Origin: Geosiphon pyriformis uo1
Taxonomy: Eukaryota > Fungi > Glomeromycota
Reading direction: 5' to 3'
Assembly: GCA_016748015.1 (NCBI GenBank)
Contig: JAAOMT010000046.1
Location: 186,001-250,000 of the forward strand
DNA: 64,000 nucleotides
The translations under genes were made by a program, and so were the position numbers. The stretch's first letter is position 1. Every line of letters starts with the position of its first letter. Shown here one piece after another: positions 34,101-48,200 of this stretch. The notes under the pieces are model-generated. The model saw only the letters and a program-made list of their open reading frames with translations, was not told the DNA's origin and did not search any database.

Positions 34101-37100
34101 TAATCTTTCTACCAATTGCTTCCAAGAAGTGTTTGGCAATGACACTAAAAGATGATCCACTGTTCAGAATTAAGTCAATGAAGTATCCAGCCACTTGGGC
34201 TTTACAAATCAGAGGGGTGACATTGCTGTTGTCAGCAAGTCCAGCTTGGCAAGGGTGTTTGTTGGTTTTTGGTGTCTTCTTCTTTGGGATCAAGGATTTG
34301 TGAAGATTCTTTCTGAACTGTGAGTGGGTCATTAACTGGCCAAAAGTAATATGTGCTGGGGTTTCCATGAGATCTTTGACAACGGAATAGGAATCAGATT
34401 TTTGTACAATTTTTGGGGGTTCCAACTTTGAAGGATTCTTAAAAACTTTAGTTTTTGGTGGCTCATTGTTATCAGCAGCAGAAGTTGAGGCTTTGTTGGG
34501 GTCTAGAATGAAATCAACCTTGGCTTTCTTCTTCTTTCTGGTTGGTTCTGAGGTGTTGATTGCTAGTTCATCCATGTCATGGTCATTATCAGTTAAGTTA
34601 AAAGCATAAAAGAGGTTTTCTTTTGGTTGGCTTGCACTCTCACCTTTTGGAGGTGTGCCTACCAGTTTAAAGGCTGATAAACAGTGGCTTCAACTAAGAG
34701 ATCCTCTCCAAAGAAATTGATGTTGGCATGATTGGGTCTTTGATTGGGGACATTGTTGTTGTTGTTGGGTTTGTTGTTTTGGTTGTCATTGTTTCTGGGA
34801 GCTGGAGGAGGCAGTAGAGGATTGTTACAATCTCTTAAATAATGTCCAGTTAATCCACAACGATAGCACACAGGTGGGCCACAATTTTGCTGTCTTTGAT
34901 AGGGAGGTTGCTGAGGCTGGTTAAAACAAGGTTCATATCTAGGTCTTGGTGGTTGCTGGTTATCTCTGACTGCTTGTGCCAATGGTTCTAATAACTGGGC
35001 AAGGTTAGCTGTGAGTCTATCTATTAATTGTTCATTTGGGTCTTGGGTTTGGGCAGCAAAAGAAGTAGCAGCCATTTGAGGAGCAGGGATCATGGCAGAA
35101 GCAGGAGCGAAAACTAGAAGTGTGGATTCTTTGGTTATCTTCAATTCTTTGGATGAGTTCAATAGCCATGTCCATTGTAGAGTTGTCTTTCAAAGCCAAG
35201 AGAGGCCAAAGAACATAAGATAAGTCAGTTCTCAATTTTTTTGTAAAGGAATAAATCTTTTTGGCATATTTGGTTACAACTTTACCAGAATCTTGGGTTC
35301 TTCTTTCTAATTCCATGCACCACTTGGATATCAAGATTGGGATTCTGAACTTGTTTTCAAACTGGATTGTGAAAGAGGTGTTGTTTTCTCCAGCATTTGC
35401 TGGCATTCATTTAATGATTCTTTGATGGGCATTAGCATCAGTTTTCTGTAAAAACCAGGTAGCAGGAGAGCCTTGGAAGTAGCCACCAACAATTTGAAAC
35501 TTGTACTCATCATCATATTGGTTGGCTGTAGCAGCTCTCTCAAAGTCATCCAACCATTCAATTGTATCTTGGGCATCACCTCTGAATAATGGTAATGGGG
35601 TGTTGTTTCTTCGCCCTAAAGCAGTCTGTATACCTTGAAGAGCAATCAGAATGTTTTGTTGCAAAGGGTCTTGAGCCATTGGTTCAAGTGTAACTGTTTG
35701 TGTGGAGTGTTCTGATTTACTTGAAAAGAGATCAAAAACAAGAGCAGTTTGATAGCTTTCTTCTTCTGTTTCAAGAGGAGTTTCTGTTGATTGATGGGCA
35801 GCAATCCAAATGTGGATTTGATGATTCAGATATTCAAAATCAGAGGGCTGTTGTTCAAAGGTTGCAGAATATAAAAGCTGATTGATACTGTTGTTTCTTC
35901 CTTCAAAGTTGTCTTCAAAATAAGCTTGGTTAAAGTAATAGATTGTATAAGCTGTGTAGGTTTCAGCTGAATGCTCATTCAAGAACCAGTTCCAAAAGTC
36001 TTGGTATTGTCTGCTAGATTGTTCTTTAATGGGAAAGCAAATCAAGCAGGAAAACAAAGGATTAAGTTCAATAAAGTCTAGATCATTTTTGTTATGTGCT
36101 TTAAAGTGTTCTTCTGATTGTTGTGGCAGGTATGATTAATCACCCATACAATAAGAAACAAAGTGGATTTTGACAACCTCACAGGGAGCACCACTTTTAT
36201 GTTATGGGTTGGAGTAACAAGCTAACGGATAGCAAGGGAGAACAGAATTGTAGAGTAATGAAAATAATCAAAGGGGATTTAATTTCAATGAGCGAATTGA
36301 ATAAGTATGGATTCAATGTGTGAGATCAGTCTCATAAAATATCTCAGTCGCTATTCTTTTCAAAGATAACTGGGGAATCTGAAGGTAGAGGGATAGTCCG
36401 TACTGTCAACAATTGATAACTGCTGGTATAATTCTATGCCTCACATCAGTGCTCTTAGAATTCAATATCAGGTATCAACTTGTGTTCTTCAGTCACATTT
36501 ATTCAAATAATCTTCAAATGCTACAATTATATACATTAGGAAAAGGCCAACAAGTAATCTTTTATCCTAAGATTTTCAGATACTTAAAGATAGGGAAAGA
36601 GAAATTAGCGATAAAAGAGTGATTGAGATGAAAGTTGTTATTTTTATTTATTTGATTCTTGTCTGAGAGATGATTTTCTACAGCTAAGAGACTTATTGCT
36701 TATATAGCTATTGAAAGTGGTCAATGACCAGATCAATGGTCAGGTCATTGATTAGGTCAATGATCACTATCTAAAAATAGAGTGGCTAATTATATGACAT
36801 CAGTGGCTAATACATGTGATAATCAATAAAAATTATGGGTTTCAATCATAACAGTATTACCAACCAGGTGGCTAGTCAAAAAAAAGTTCTAGTGAGAGAT
36901 ATCCCTTTAGGTATTTTAGACAGAGAGGTGGGAGCTGTCATGAAAGAATTTGGTGAGATTAAAAATGTTTAAATCAAAGTGGCTGGAAAATGGCAATCAA
37001 CAGTGGTTGAATACAACAACTAAGAAGAGACTACCAGAGCTGTGAACTAATGGTCAACTATGATTAGGAAAGATGCAGTCAGGATTTACCCAATAATCAG

Positions 37101-39242
37101 TATCCAGAAGACTATCAAGCAGAGAAAAATTTGAGAAGCTAAACTAATAGGTTTACCACAAAACTGTACTGCCCACTACTTGAGTACTACTCTGGATCAG
37201 ATCAAAGCCCGATTTTGCTTTATCCTAAAAACTAGCAAGAATTACACAAGAATGGGCTGTGCTTACATTGGTTTTGATAGTAAAACTAGTCACAACAGTG
37301 CTACCACTAAGCCCTTAATAATTGGAGACACATTGGTCTACTGATGCCAAAGAGTGCCACTTCTGTTACCAAGTAGGGCATTTGGTCTCCAAATATCCAA
37401 CTTTACACAAGAAAATTACCAATAGCATCAGATTAGCAAAGCTGTATGTTAGGAGAAATGTTCTGGAAAATACCATCAAAGCCTTTGGTGAAAGATCATA
37501 TGCTGAAATGGCTGCACTCAGACCTTCCCATAATCTGAACAACACAAATTCAAACAGATCTTAGAAACCTGGTCTACAAGTAAACAACAAAGTAGACCAA
37601 CTAAAAAAAAGAATCAACCAATCTTGGAGGGCTGAAATTAATGAGTTGAAACAGCAGATTAATGAAATGGCCAAACTGCTGAGTGCAGTAACTGCCAAAC
37701 TTGGAATAACAGTAGAAAAAGAAAAAGACATAATAGCCACTCAACAGCAGAGCCACATCTCAGAGGAAAAAAGAAAGGTGGAAAACAGATTAATAAGCCA
37801 GAGTACTACACCTAAGTCTAACTTGGCTAAAAAAAAAAAGACATACAACCCAGAGAGAGAAATCAAGGAAATTAAAAAAACATTGGAACCCATTATGGAG
37901 TTGTTGAAACAAATGAAAAAACAGGGTAGCTGGAGCAGTCCTACTGCTGGAGAATCTAAATCCATGGAAACAGATGATGTGTAACACATCTGATCCCATT
38001 ACAGAATAGAACTACTCCAATAACAATATTTGGAAAATTGGTATGATTAATGTTAGAGGACTTAATAATCTGGGTAAAGCTGAAGAAGTGCTAATATGGT
38101 GTATTGAAGAACAATTTGACTTTATAATTATTACAGAAACAAAGCTGACTCTACTTAAAAAAAAGGGTGTATTTTTTGGCTCTGATGAATATCATGCCTT
38201 TTGGAAGTCAAGTGCTAAGAAACAAATGGAAACTGGGATTGGTATACTGGTTAAAAAATGTTGGATTCACCATGTGGAAACAATCAGAAGATACCATGGG
38301 AGGCTGTTACACTTGGTGTTGAAATTTAGAGATAGAATCAGTGTGCATATAGTTGGGTTGTACATGCCTGTTTTCAAATTGCCTACTGAGAAAGCAGTAG
38401 CTAAAGAAGTCAAAAAACTTTTGGGGGACATTGTGCAAAACAAGGAGATGATCATAGTTGTTGGTGATTTAAATGAAGATCTGACATCCAAATTACTTGA
38501 AAAGACATTTGCTACAAACAAGGTCAAAACTTGTCCTACTGCTACAACATTACAACATATGAACTTGATGGATACACATGGAGTATATGCACAAACAATC
38601 CAGAAAAGACATGGTCATCAAATGGAGTACAAAGAAGACTAGACTATGTGTTTACTAATCCAGTTACAGCCTTAATGGTTACAAATATTGGGGTGTTTGA
38701 TGTTAATGAATTATTTAGCACTGATCACAAAGCAGTAGTAACAATTATCTGATTTGACAGAATTTTGGCAGGCAATAAAAAATCTAGATCTGGGAGAAAA
38801 AAGAACAGCACAACTATGATCAATGTAAAAAAAGCATCTGTAGTTTAATGGAAGATCTATGCAAAAGAAACTAATCGATTAATAGATAAAGCACAAAGAA
38901 AATCTGTAGATAACAGCAATGATAATCTAAACCAAATGTGGCTTACAATCAAAGAGACTGTGCTATAAGCTGCTGACTGCTTACCAAAAAGGAAAGTGGG
39001 AGCCCAATCTGCATACACAAAAAAAAATGTCTGGATCACAAGCTTGTTAGAATTGTTGCTGATATAATCAAACAAATTAGAGTAAACAATACAAATATGA
39101 AACATGAAACAGCAGACACATATCTGATAACTCTTCCAAAAGATAGGCTTATTACAGAATTACTCAGCATCAAGAAAAAATACAGATCAACACTGCAGGC
39201 CAGGATCAGACTACAACAGCAGAGGCAAATAGTAAACAATAT
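28192..39242 (+). mobile_element. LINE-c (ORF1 and EN) in pieces 28192-29308 and 36854-39242
   Basis: Rejoins across G2 (TSD GTAT). ORF1 N-terminus at 28192-28941 and EN at 38043-38750. The 3' part is missing beyond the LTR at 39243. Confidence 0.9.
29309..36853 (-). mobile_element. Full-length Gypsy G2 (subfamily A)
   Basis: LTRs at 36200-36853 and 29309-29929, TSD GTAT. gag 34659-36147, pol 31978-34671, IN 30597-31910, ORF3 29899-30555. Confidence 0.96.
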
Positions 39243-42200
39243 TGTTACAGGTTGGCATAACAAGCTAATGGATAGCAAAGGAGAACAGGATTGTAGGGTA
39301 ATAGAAATAATCAAAAGAGAATTCAACTTCAAAGAGCAAATTGAATAAGTATGGATTCAATGTGCAAGATCAGTTTCATAAAATATCTCAGTTACTATTC
39401 TTTTCAAAAGATAACTGAGGAATTTAAAGATAGAGGAATAGTCTGTACTGTCAACAAATAATCATACTTGGTATAATTCTATGCTTCACATTAGCACTTT
39501 TAGAATTCAATATCAAGTATCAGATGTGCTTTTCAGTTATGTTTTATTCAATAATCTTTAAATGTTACACTTATATATTTCAGGAAAAGGGTAAAAATTA
39601 ACCAACAAGTAATCTTTTATCCTAAGATATTTGGATACTTGAAGATAGAGAAAGAAAAATTAGTGATAAGAGAATGATTGAGATGAAAGTTGTTATTTTT
39701 ATTTATTCTTGATTATTTTGAACATGCTTTTCTACAGTTAAGAGATTTATTACTTATATAGTTGTCAAAAGTGGTTAATAATCAGGTCAACAATTAGGTC
39801 AATGATCAGGTCAATGATTACTATCTAAAAATAGTGTGGCTAATTTATATAACATCAGTAGCTAATATATGTGATAATTAATAAGAAGTATAAGTTTTAA
39901 CTGTAATATTATCCTCTCCAAAGAGATTGAGCTCTGGTAAAATCAAGCCATTCATGGGGTAATCTATTTAAAGAGTTTTATCTAACTCAAAGCTAACTAG
40001 TTTATTGAAGTCTTTTGTGGATAAGATATATAACACTTAAGGCAAAATGAGTTTTGTATTCAAGAGACCAAATCTTTGTATTAAAGTTTTGGCTTTTCTA
40101 GCAATAGTTAAAACTCTTGAAACATCTAACCATATAATGTCCAAAATTTCTGCCTGTATTTCTGAAGATGTTTTCTTCATGAGTTTTATATTCTCTATGA
40201 TTTCACCAAGGCAACCATAGAGTTCTAATTGCCTTCCATATGACAAATTTTTGTCTATGGGTAAGATTTCTTGGAGTGTTTTTCCAATTGTATTGGAAGG
40301 TAAGAGTATAGCTGCTGTTATACTTTCCAACAGATATTTATCTATTTTACTACCAATTTTTTTTCTTCTAGTAGTAGTTTTCTTTGGTCTAATAACAGTA
40401 TGTGTTCCACTGTTATCAGTTATAATGGTTTGTTTTCCAATGGTCAGAGTAGCATTTGGATAGTTTTTGATCCAATACTCATGGAGAGTATAGAATGTTT
40501 TGATCCAGAAAATAATTGTTCATGTCGATTGAAGATACCTCTGTTTTGGGAATGGTGCATTTATTTATACTTGATTTTTGTTGATCATTTGAGTCAGTAT
40601 TACCACAACAGGCAACCAATCAGGTCATTTATGATATTTCTTGAGTTATGTACCATGAATAGGATGATCATTGGAAGAATATAAGAACTATTGTTCAAAA
40701 CTTTGTTGACTATAAAGAGTCTTTTCTACTGGCTAGAGAATTTATCACCATAGACATTGTTTTTGTCTGAATGATATTCCAATACCAAGTCACCAACACT
40801 TAAAAAAAGTGTTTTATAGATTTTTTTTTTCTCAAGCTTTTCTTGGAACTGTTTTATCTTTTCAAAAGCAATTATTCATGCTTCTACCAAGGAGTCAAGA
40901 ATAGTATCAAGTCTTCTTTGCAAAATGTTTTTGTAATTTCCTATTGTGATCTCTTCAAAGGGTATTGTTTCAATGTCAGTTTCAATTAGTAGTGTTGCCA
41001 TGCATCTATAGAGCAGATAAAAAGGTTCATAACTTGTTATGTCATGATTCACAGTTCTGTAAGCAAACAAAACTGAAAGCAATACTTTGTCCCATAAGTT
41101 TGTTTCTTTATTGGTTTTGGCTAGGGTTTTACATAGTGTTCTATTAAAACATTTTACTAGGCCATTTGTTTGGAGGTGATAAGGGAAGGAAAGTTTATAA
41201 TGTATTTTCATTTTTCTACAAAGTTCTTCAACCAGTGTACTGAAAAAAGCTCTTCCTCTATCAAATAAAAGTTTTTTGGAGCAGCCATAATGGCAAATGA
41301 TATTGTTACGATTGAAACACATAGTTTTTATTAATTATTACATGTATTAGCCACTGATGTCATATAATTAGCCACCCTATTCTTAGATAGTGATCATTGA
41401 CCTGATTAATGACCTGACCGTTGACCTGATCATTGATTATTGACCTGATTGTTGACCTGGTTATTGACCACTTTAGATACTTATATAAGCAATGATTCCC
41501 TTAGCTGTAGAAAGACATGATCAAAGGAACGAAATAAACAATATCAATTACTTCTTCTCATAATCGCTTATTCCCCTTTCCTTATCTTCAAGTATCTACT
41601 TGTTGGCATTCACATATCTTATCTTTTCTCCTTCTTGATTTGTATTTGTTAGAATTAGCCTGAGAAGCAATTGGCTTGCTCTTGTAATTCATTGAATAAA
41701 AAAACAATTAAAAAGTACAACGATACCTGTTATTGATTCTAAGAATCGCTGAGTTGAGGCATAGAATAATAGCAGCGGTGTTATCTTGTTGACAATCACG
41801 GACTATTTCTCTACCTTCAAATTTAAAAAAAAATTAGTGACTGTGATTTTTATGAGACTGATCACGCATATTGAATTCCTACTTATTTAATTCACTCCCT
41901 TATTGTAATTCCTTCTTTGTTTATTTCCATTACCATACAATACTGTTCTCCCTTGCTATCCGTTAGCTTGTTACTCCAACCTGTAACATAAAAGTGGTGC
42001 TCTCTGTGAGGTTGTCAAAATTCACTTATTCCCTTATTGTATGGATGATTACTCATATCTGCCACAGCAATTAGAAGAACACTTTGTAGCACACAACAGA
42101 AACGACCAAAGTTTCATTGAACTTAATCCTCTGCCCTCCTGCTTGATCTGCTTCCCCCTTAAAGAACAATCAAGTAGACAATTTTAAGACTTTTGGAACT

Positions 42201-45200
42201 GGTTTCTGAATGAGCATTCAGCTGAAACCTACACAGCTTATACAACCTATTACTTTGACCAAGCTTATTTTGAAAACAACTTTGAAGAAAGAAACAACAG
42301 TATCAATCAGCTCTTATATTCTGCAACCTTTGAACAACAGCCCCCTGATTTCGAATATCTGAATCATCAAATCCACATTTGGATTGCTGCCCATCAAGCA
42401 ACTGAAACTCCCTTTGAAACAGANNNNNNNNNNNNNNNNNNNNNNNNNNNNNNNNNNNNNNNNNNNNNNNNNNNNNNNNNNNNNNNNNNNNNNNNNNNNN
42501 NNNNNNNNNNNNNNNNNNNNNNNNNNNNNNNNNNNNNNNNNNNNNNNNNNNNNNNNNNNNNNNNNNNNNNNNNNNNNNNNNNNNNNNNNNNNNNNNNNNN
42601 NNNNNNNNNNNNNNNNNNNNNNNNNNNNNNNNNNNNNNNNNNNNNNNNNNNNNNNNNNNNNNNNNNNNNNNNNNNNNNNNNGAAAGTTAATCAAATGAGT
42701 AGACACTGGAAGAAATTGGACAGAAGAGCAGAAAATTCACTCCTTCACAAAAGGATTGAGAACTGATCTATCGTATGTTCTTTGGCCCCTCCTGGCCCTA
42801 AAAGATAATCCCACCATGGATATGGCCATTGAATTAGCACAAAGAATTAAAGACAACCAAAGGATGCACTTGGAATCCACACTACCAGTTTTTGCTCCTG
42901 TTCCTGTTATGGCTCCTGCCCCTCAAATGGCTGCTACTTCTTTTGCCACTCACACTCAAGATCCAAATGAACAGTTAATAGACAGACTCACAGCAAATCT
43001 TGCCTGGTTATTAGAACTCTTAGCCCAAGCAGTCAGAGAAAATCAGCAACTACAAAGACCCAGATTTGAACTATGCTTCAATCAGCCCCAGCAACCACCT
43101 TATCAAAGACAACAAAATCGTGGCCCACCTGTATGCTATTGTTGTGGATTAACTAGACACTTTTCAAGAGATTGCAACAATCCTCCACTGCCTCCACCAG
43201 TCCCCAGAAACAATGATGCTCAGAACAACAGGATCAACAACAACAATGTGCCCAACCAAAGACCCTATCATGCCAACATCAATTTCTTTGGAAAGGATCC
43301 CCTAGTTGAAGCCACTGTTTATCAGCCTTTAAACTGGTAGGCGCACCTCCAAAGGGTGAGAGTGCAAGCCAACCAGAAGAAAACCCTTTTTATGCTTTTA
43401 ACTTAACTGATGATGACCATGACATGGATGAATTAGCAATCAACCCCTCTGAATCCACAAGAAAGAAGAAGAAAGCCAAAGTTGATTTCATTCTAGACCT
43501 CAATAAAGCTTCTACATCAACTGTTGACAACAATGAGCCCCCAAAAGCCAAAGTTTTCAAGAACTCTCCAAAGTTAGAACCTCCAGAAATAGTACAAAAA
43601 TCCAGTCCCTATTCTGTTGTCAAAAACCTTATAGAAACCCCAGCACATATAACCTTTGGCCAATTAATGACCCATCTACAATTCAGAAAAGATCTTCACA
43701 AATCCCTAATTCCAAAGAAAAAGACACCCAAAACCAACAAACGCTCTCGCCAAGCTGGACTTGCTGACAATAGCAATGTCACTCCTCTAATTTGTAAAGC
43801 CCAAGTGGCTGGCTACTTCATCGATTTAATCCTAGACAGTAGATCATCTGTTAGTGTTATTGCCAAACACTTTCTTAAAGCAATTGACAGAAAAATTGAT
43901 GAACCATCTACATGACCAATGACCAATGTGCATGGTGATAAGAAGAAAGGACTTGGCATAGCCAAAGCTATTCCTGTCCGCATCAATGGCATCAGCATTG
44001 AAACTGATATGGAAGTGTCTGAAGCAAAAGAATACACCATTATTGTTGACAATGAATGGCTCAAGAAAGCAAAGGCTTTGCTTGATTATAAACTCTGTGA
44101 ACTAACTATCAGATGTGGTGAGAAACCCATTGTGGTTAAATGTCACCATTGGACAACTCCCCCAGTACCCAAGCAGAGCCCAGAAGAAAATGAATCAAAT
44201 GAATCAGATGATGAAGAAAGTGAGGAAGAAGAAGAACAAGAAAAACAAGAAAAAACTGCTGAACTTGCCTATACCATCTTCACTAGCAATGGCAAACCAC
44301 TGGATAATGTCAAGGCAGATAAAGAAGGAATCATTGTCAATGGCAAGCTAATCTGCTGGCCTTATTATGACATGCTCAGAAGAACCTTTGACAGAAAGCC
44401 AGGCAAGAAAGCCAAATACAGTTATTGGTGGCATGGTCCTTGTGCCCAGTGCTGGTGCAACAAACTATTGTATTCTCCTAGCAATGAATGCATGTCCTGC
44501 CTGATCTATTACAAAGATTGGGAACCAATCAGCTTGATACCCCGAGAAGAAATAAAAGAAGTCCAAAAGTTCTTTGAAAATGAACCACCTGAAATCCAAT
44601 CACTGGTTGTAGAACAAAGAGAACCCTCTCCAGAAAAAAGAAAAGTAGACATTGAAAACCTGCTGGCTAGAAACAGCCCAGTTATTTCAAAAGAAGGTGA
44701 ACCTCCTGGATGTACACATGTGATACAACACACTATCATCATCAGAGAAACTTGCCCCATCCATTTAAAGCCCTATCAATCCAACTAGCACAATGATGAG
44801 TTTATCAAAAAAGAAATAACCCGAATGAAAAACCTTGGATTCATACAGGAAACCAAGAGTAAATAAGCATTCCCAGTTGTAGTGGTATCCAAGAAAGGAG
44901 GAACCCTACGCTTTTGTGTTGACTATTGCCAATTAAATGCCATTACTGAAAGAGACATGTATCCACTTCCCAAGATTGATGCAATGCTAGACCAATTCCA
45001 TGGTGCCGCTTTCTTCTCAACCATTGACTTAACTGCTGGATTCTGGCAAGTAGAGATGAATTCAAAAAGCAGAAAGAAAACTGCTTTCATCACCAAGTAT
45101 GGTACCTACGAATTCACAGTCATGTCTTTTGGTCTCACAAATGCTCCTCCCACATTTTAACACTTAATGGACAAAGTATTTGAATCAGTAAAAGAAAACT

Positions 45201-48200
45201 TTGTTCTAGTCTACTTGGATGACATAATGGTGTACTCAAAAACCTGGGATGAACACCTTGAACATTTGTAAAAGGTTTTTGACCTCCTTAGAAATGCTGG
45301 TCTCAAGATCAATCCAATCAAATCATTCTTTGGACGTCAATCCACCCAGTTCCTTGGCCATCTTATTACAAAAGATGGAATCTTCCCTGATCCAGCCAAA
45401 ATTGAAAAAGTTCAAAACATTAGACAACCAATGAATGTTCATAAACTATGCTCTTTTCTTGGTTTGGCCTCTTATTATCGCAAGTTTGTCAAGGATTTCT
45501 CCAAAATTGCTGCTCCTCTCAATCAGCTACTTAGGAAAAACATCAANNNNNNNNNNNNNNNNNNNNNNNNNNNNNNNNNNNNNNNNNNNNNNNNNNNNNN
45601 NNNNNNNNNNNNNNNNNNNNNNNNNNNNNNNNNNNNNNNNNNNNNNNNNNNNNNNNNNNNNNNNNNNNNNNNNNNNNNNNNNNNNNNNNNNNNNNNNNNN
45701 NNNNNNNNNNNNNNNNNNNNNNNNNNNNNNNNNNNNNNNNNNNNNNNNNNNNNNNNNNNNNNNNNNNNNNNNNNNNNNNNNNNNNNNNNNNNNNNNNNNN
45801 NNNNNNNNNNNNNNNNNNNNNNNNNNNNNNNNNNNNNNNNNNNNNNNNNNNNNNNNNNNNNNNNNNNNNNNNNNNNNNNNNNNNNNNNNNNNNNNNNNNN
45901 NNNNNNNNNNNNNNNNNNNNNNNNNNNNNNNNNNNNNNNNNNNNNNNNNNNNNNNNNNNNNNNNNNNNNNNNNNNNNNNNNNNNNNTTGATTTGCCAGAA
46001 CCAGTTATATAAAAGAAATAGAAAAGATCCTGACTGCCCCCAGAGAGTCATTAGATTTGAAGAAAGAGAAATTGTGATCTACAATATGCACACTGATCCA
46101 TTAGCTGGACACTTTGGAAAAACAAAAACAATTCAGAAAACTTTAGCTCGCTATTATTGGCCTACTTTGGGAAAAGACATTGCTGAATACATCAAAACCT
46201 GTGATACCTGCCAAAGAAGAGAAAAACCCAATCGCAAGGAAGATATCCATTTAATCTCTGTTGGTCAACCATTTGATAGAATTGGTATAGATGTTGTTGG
46301 ATCTTTAACAGTAACTCCTGATAGCAACAGATACATTATCACAGCTACTGACTATCTTACAAAGTGGGTAGAAGCAAGAGCCACCCCAGATCAAACAGCA
46401 GTCTCAATTGCCAATTTCATTTATGAAGATATTATCTGTCACCACAGCTGCCCCAAAAAACTTTTATCTGATAAAGGAAGAGCTTTTCTCAATACACTGG
46501 TTGAAGAACTTTGCAGAAAAATGAGAATACATCATAAACTCTCTTCCCCTTATCACCCCCAAACAAATGGCCTAGTGGAACATTTCAATAGAACACTATG
46601 TGAAACCCTAGCCAAAACCAGTGAAGAAACCAACCTATGGGACAAAGTATTGCCTTCAGTCTTGTTTGCTTACAGAACTGTGAATCATGACATAACAAGT
46701 TATGAACCCTTTTATTTGCTCTATGGACGAATAGCAACTTTACCAATAGAAATGGATATAGAAACAATACCTTTTGAAAAAATAACAATAGGAAATTACA
46801 AAGACATTTTGCAAAGAAGACTTGGTACCATTCTTGACTCATTAGTAGAAGCACGGATAATTGCTTTTGAAAAGATAAAACAGTTCCAAGAGAAGCTCAA
46901 AAAGAAAAAGACCTATAAAACACTTTCCTTAAGTGTTGGTGACTTAGTTTTGGAATACCATTCAGACAGAGACAATGTCTATGGTGATAAATTCTCTAGC
47001 CAGTGGAAAGGACCCTTTATAGTCAACAAAGTTTTGAACAATGGTTCTTATATCTTACAAGATCAATATGGAACAATATTCAGTGATCGCCCTGTTCATG
47101 GCATGCGACTCAAGAAATATCACAAATGACCTAATTGGTTACCTGTTGTGGTAATACCGACCCAAATGATCAGCAAAAATTAGATATAAATAAATGCACC
47201 ATTCCCAAAACAGAGGTATCTTCAATCGACATAAACAATTATTTCCTGGATCAAAACATTCAAAACACTTTCTATACTCTCCATGAGTACTGGATCAAGA
47301 ACTATCCAAATGCTACTCTGACTATCGGAAAACAAACCACTATAACAGACAACAGTGGAACTCATACTGTTATTAGACCAAAGAAAACAACTACCAGAAG
47401 AGAAAGAATTGGTGGCAAAATGGATAAATACCTGCTGGAAAGCATAACAGCAGCAATACTTTTATCTTCCAGCACAATTGGAAAAACAATACAAGAAATC
47501 TTGCCCATAGACAAAAACTTGTCATATGGAAGACAACTAGAACTCTATGGTCATCTTGGTGAAATCATAGAAAACATGAAGCTTATGAAGAAAACAACTT
47601 CAGAGATACAAGTGGAAATTTTGGGCATTATATGATTGGATGTCCCAAGAGTTTTGACCATTGCTAAAAGAGCCAGAACTCTAATACAAAGATTTAGTCT
47701 CTTGGATACAAAGCTTATTTCGCCTCAAGTACTATATACTCTATCCACAAAAGACTTCAACAAACTAGTTAGTTTTGAGTTAGACAAAACCCTTCACATA
47801 GACTATCCCATAAATAGTTTGATTTTGCCGGAGCTCAATCTCTTTGGAGAGGATAATGTTACAGTTGAAACACATAGTTTTTATTAATTATCACATGTAT
47901 TAGCCACTGATGTCATATAATTAGCCACCCTATTCTTAAATAGTGATTATTGACCTGATCATTGACCTGGTTGTTGACCACTTTAGATAGCTATATAAGC
48001 AATGATTCCCTTAGCTGTAGAAAGACATGATCAAAGAAACGAAATAAACAATATCAATTACTTCCTCTCATAATTGCTTATTCTCCTTTCCTTACCTTCA
48101 AGTATCTACTTGTTGGCATTCACATACCTTATCTTTTCCCCTTCTTGATTTGTATTTGTTAGAATTAGCCTGAGAAACAATTGGCTTGCTTTTGTAATTC

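Noticed and set aside
36290-36400. Functional tRNA-Met gene in the LTR antisense strand
   Set aside because: Only the anticodon-arm halves are present, with no acceptor stem, D-arm or B-box in tRNA order. Reported as complementarity boxes instead.
45431-46051. Long ORFs spanning N runs (also 42314-42706, 57304-57954)
   Set aside because: Artefacts of assembly gaps. The apparent RT-IN fusion in the 564-aa ORF is not evidence of a continuous Pol.
47127-47230. Integrase ending at KKYHK*, with ORF3 starting at TTG (MVTCCGN..)
   Set aside because: The TGA is CGA or CAA in other copies (CpG decay). Integrase continues ~21 codons, and the likely ORF3 start is MNNYF.
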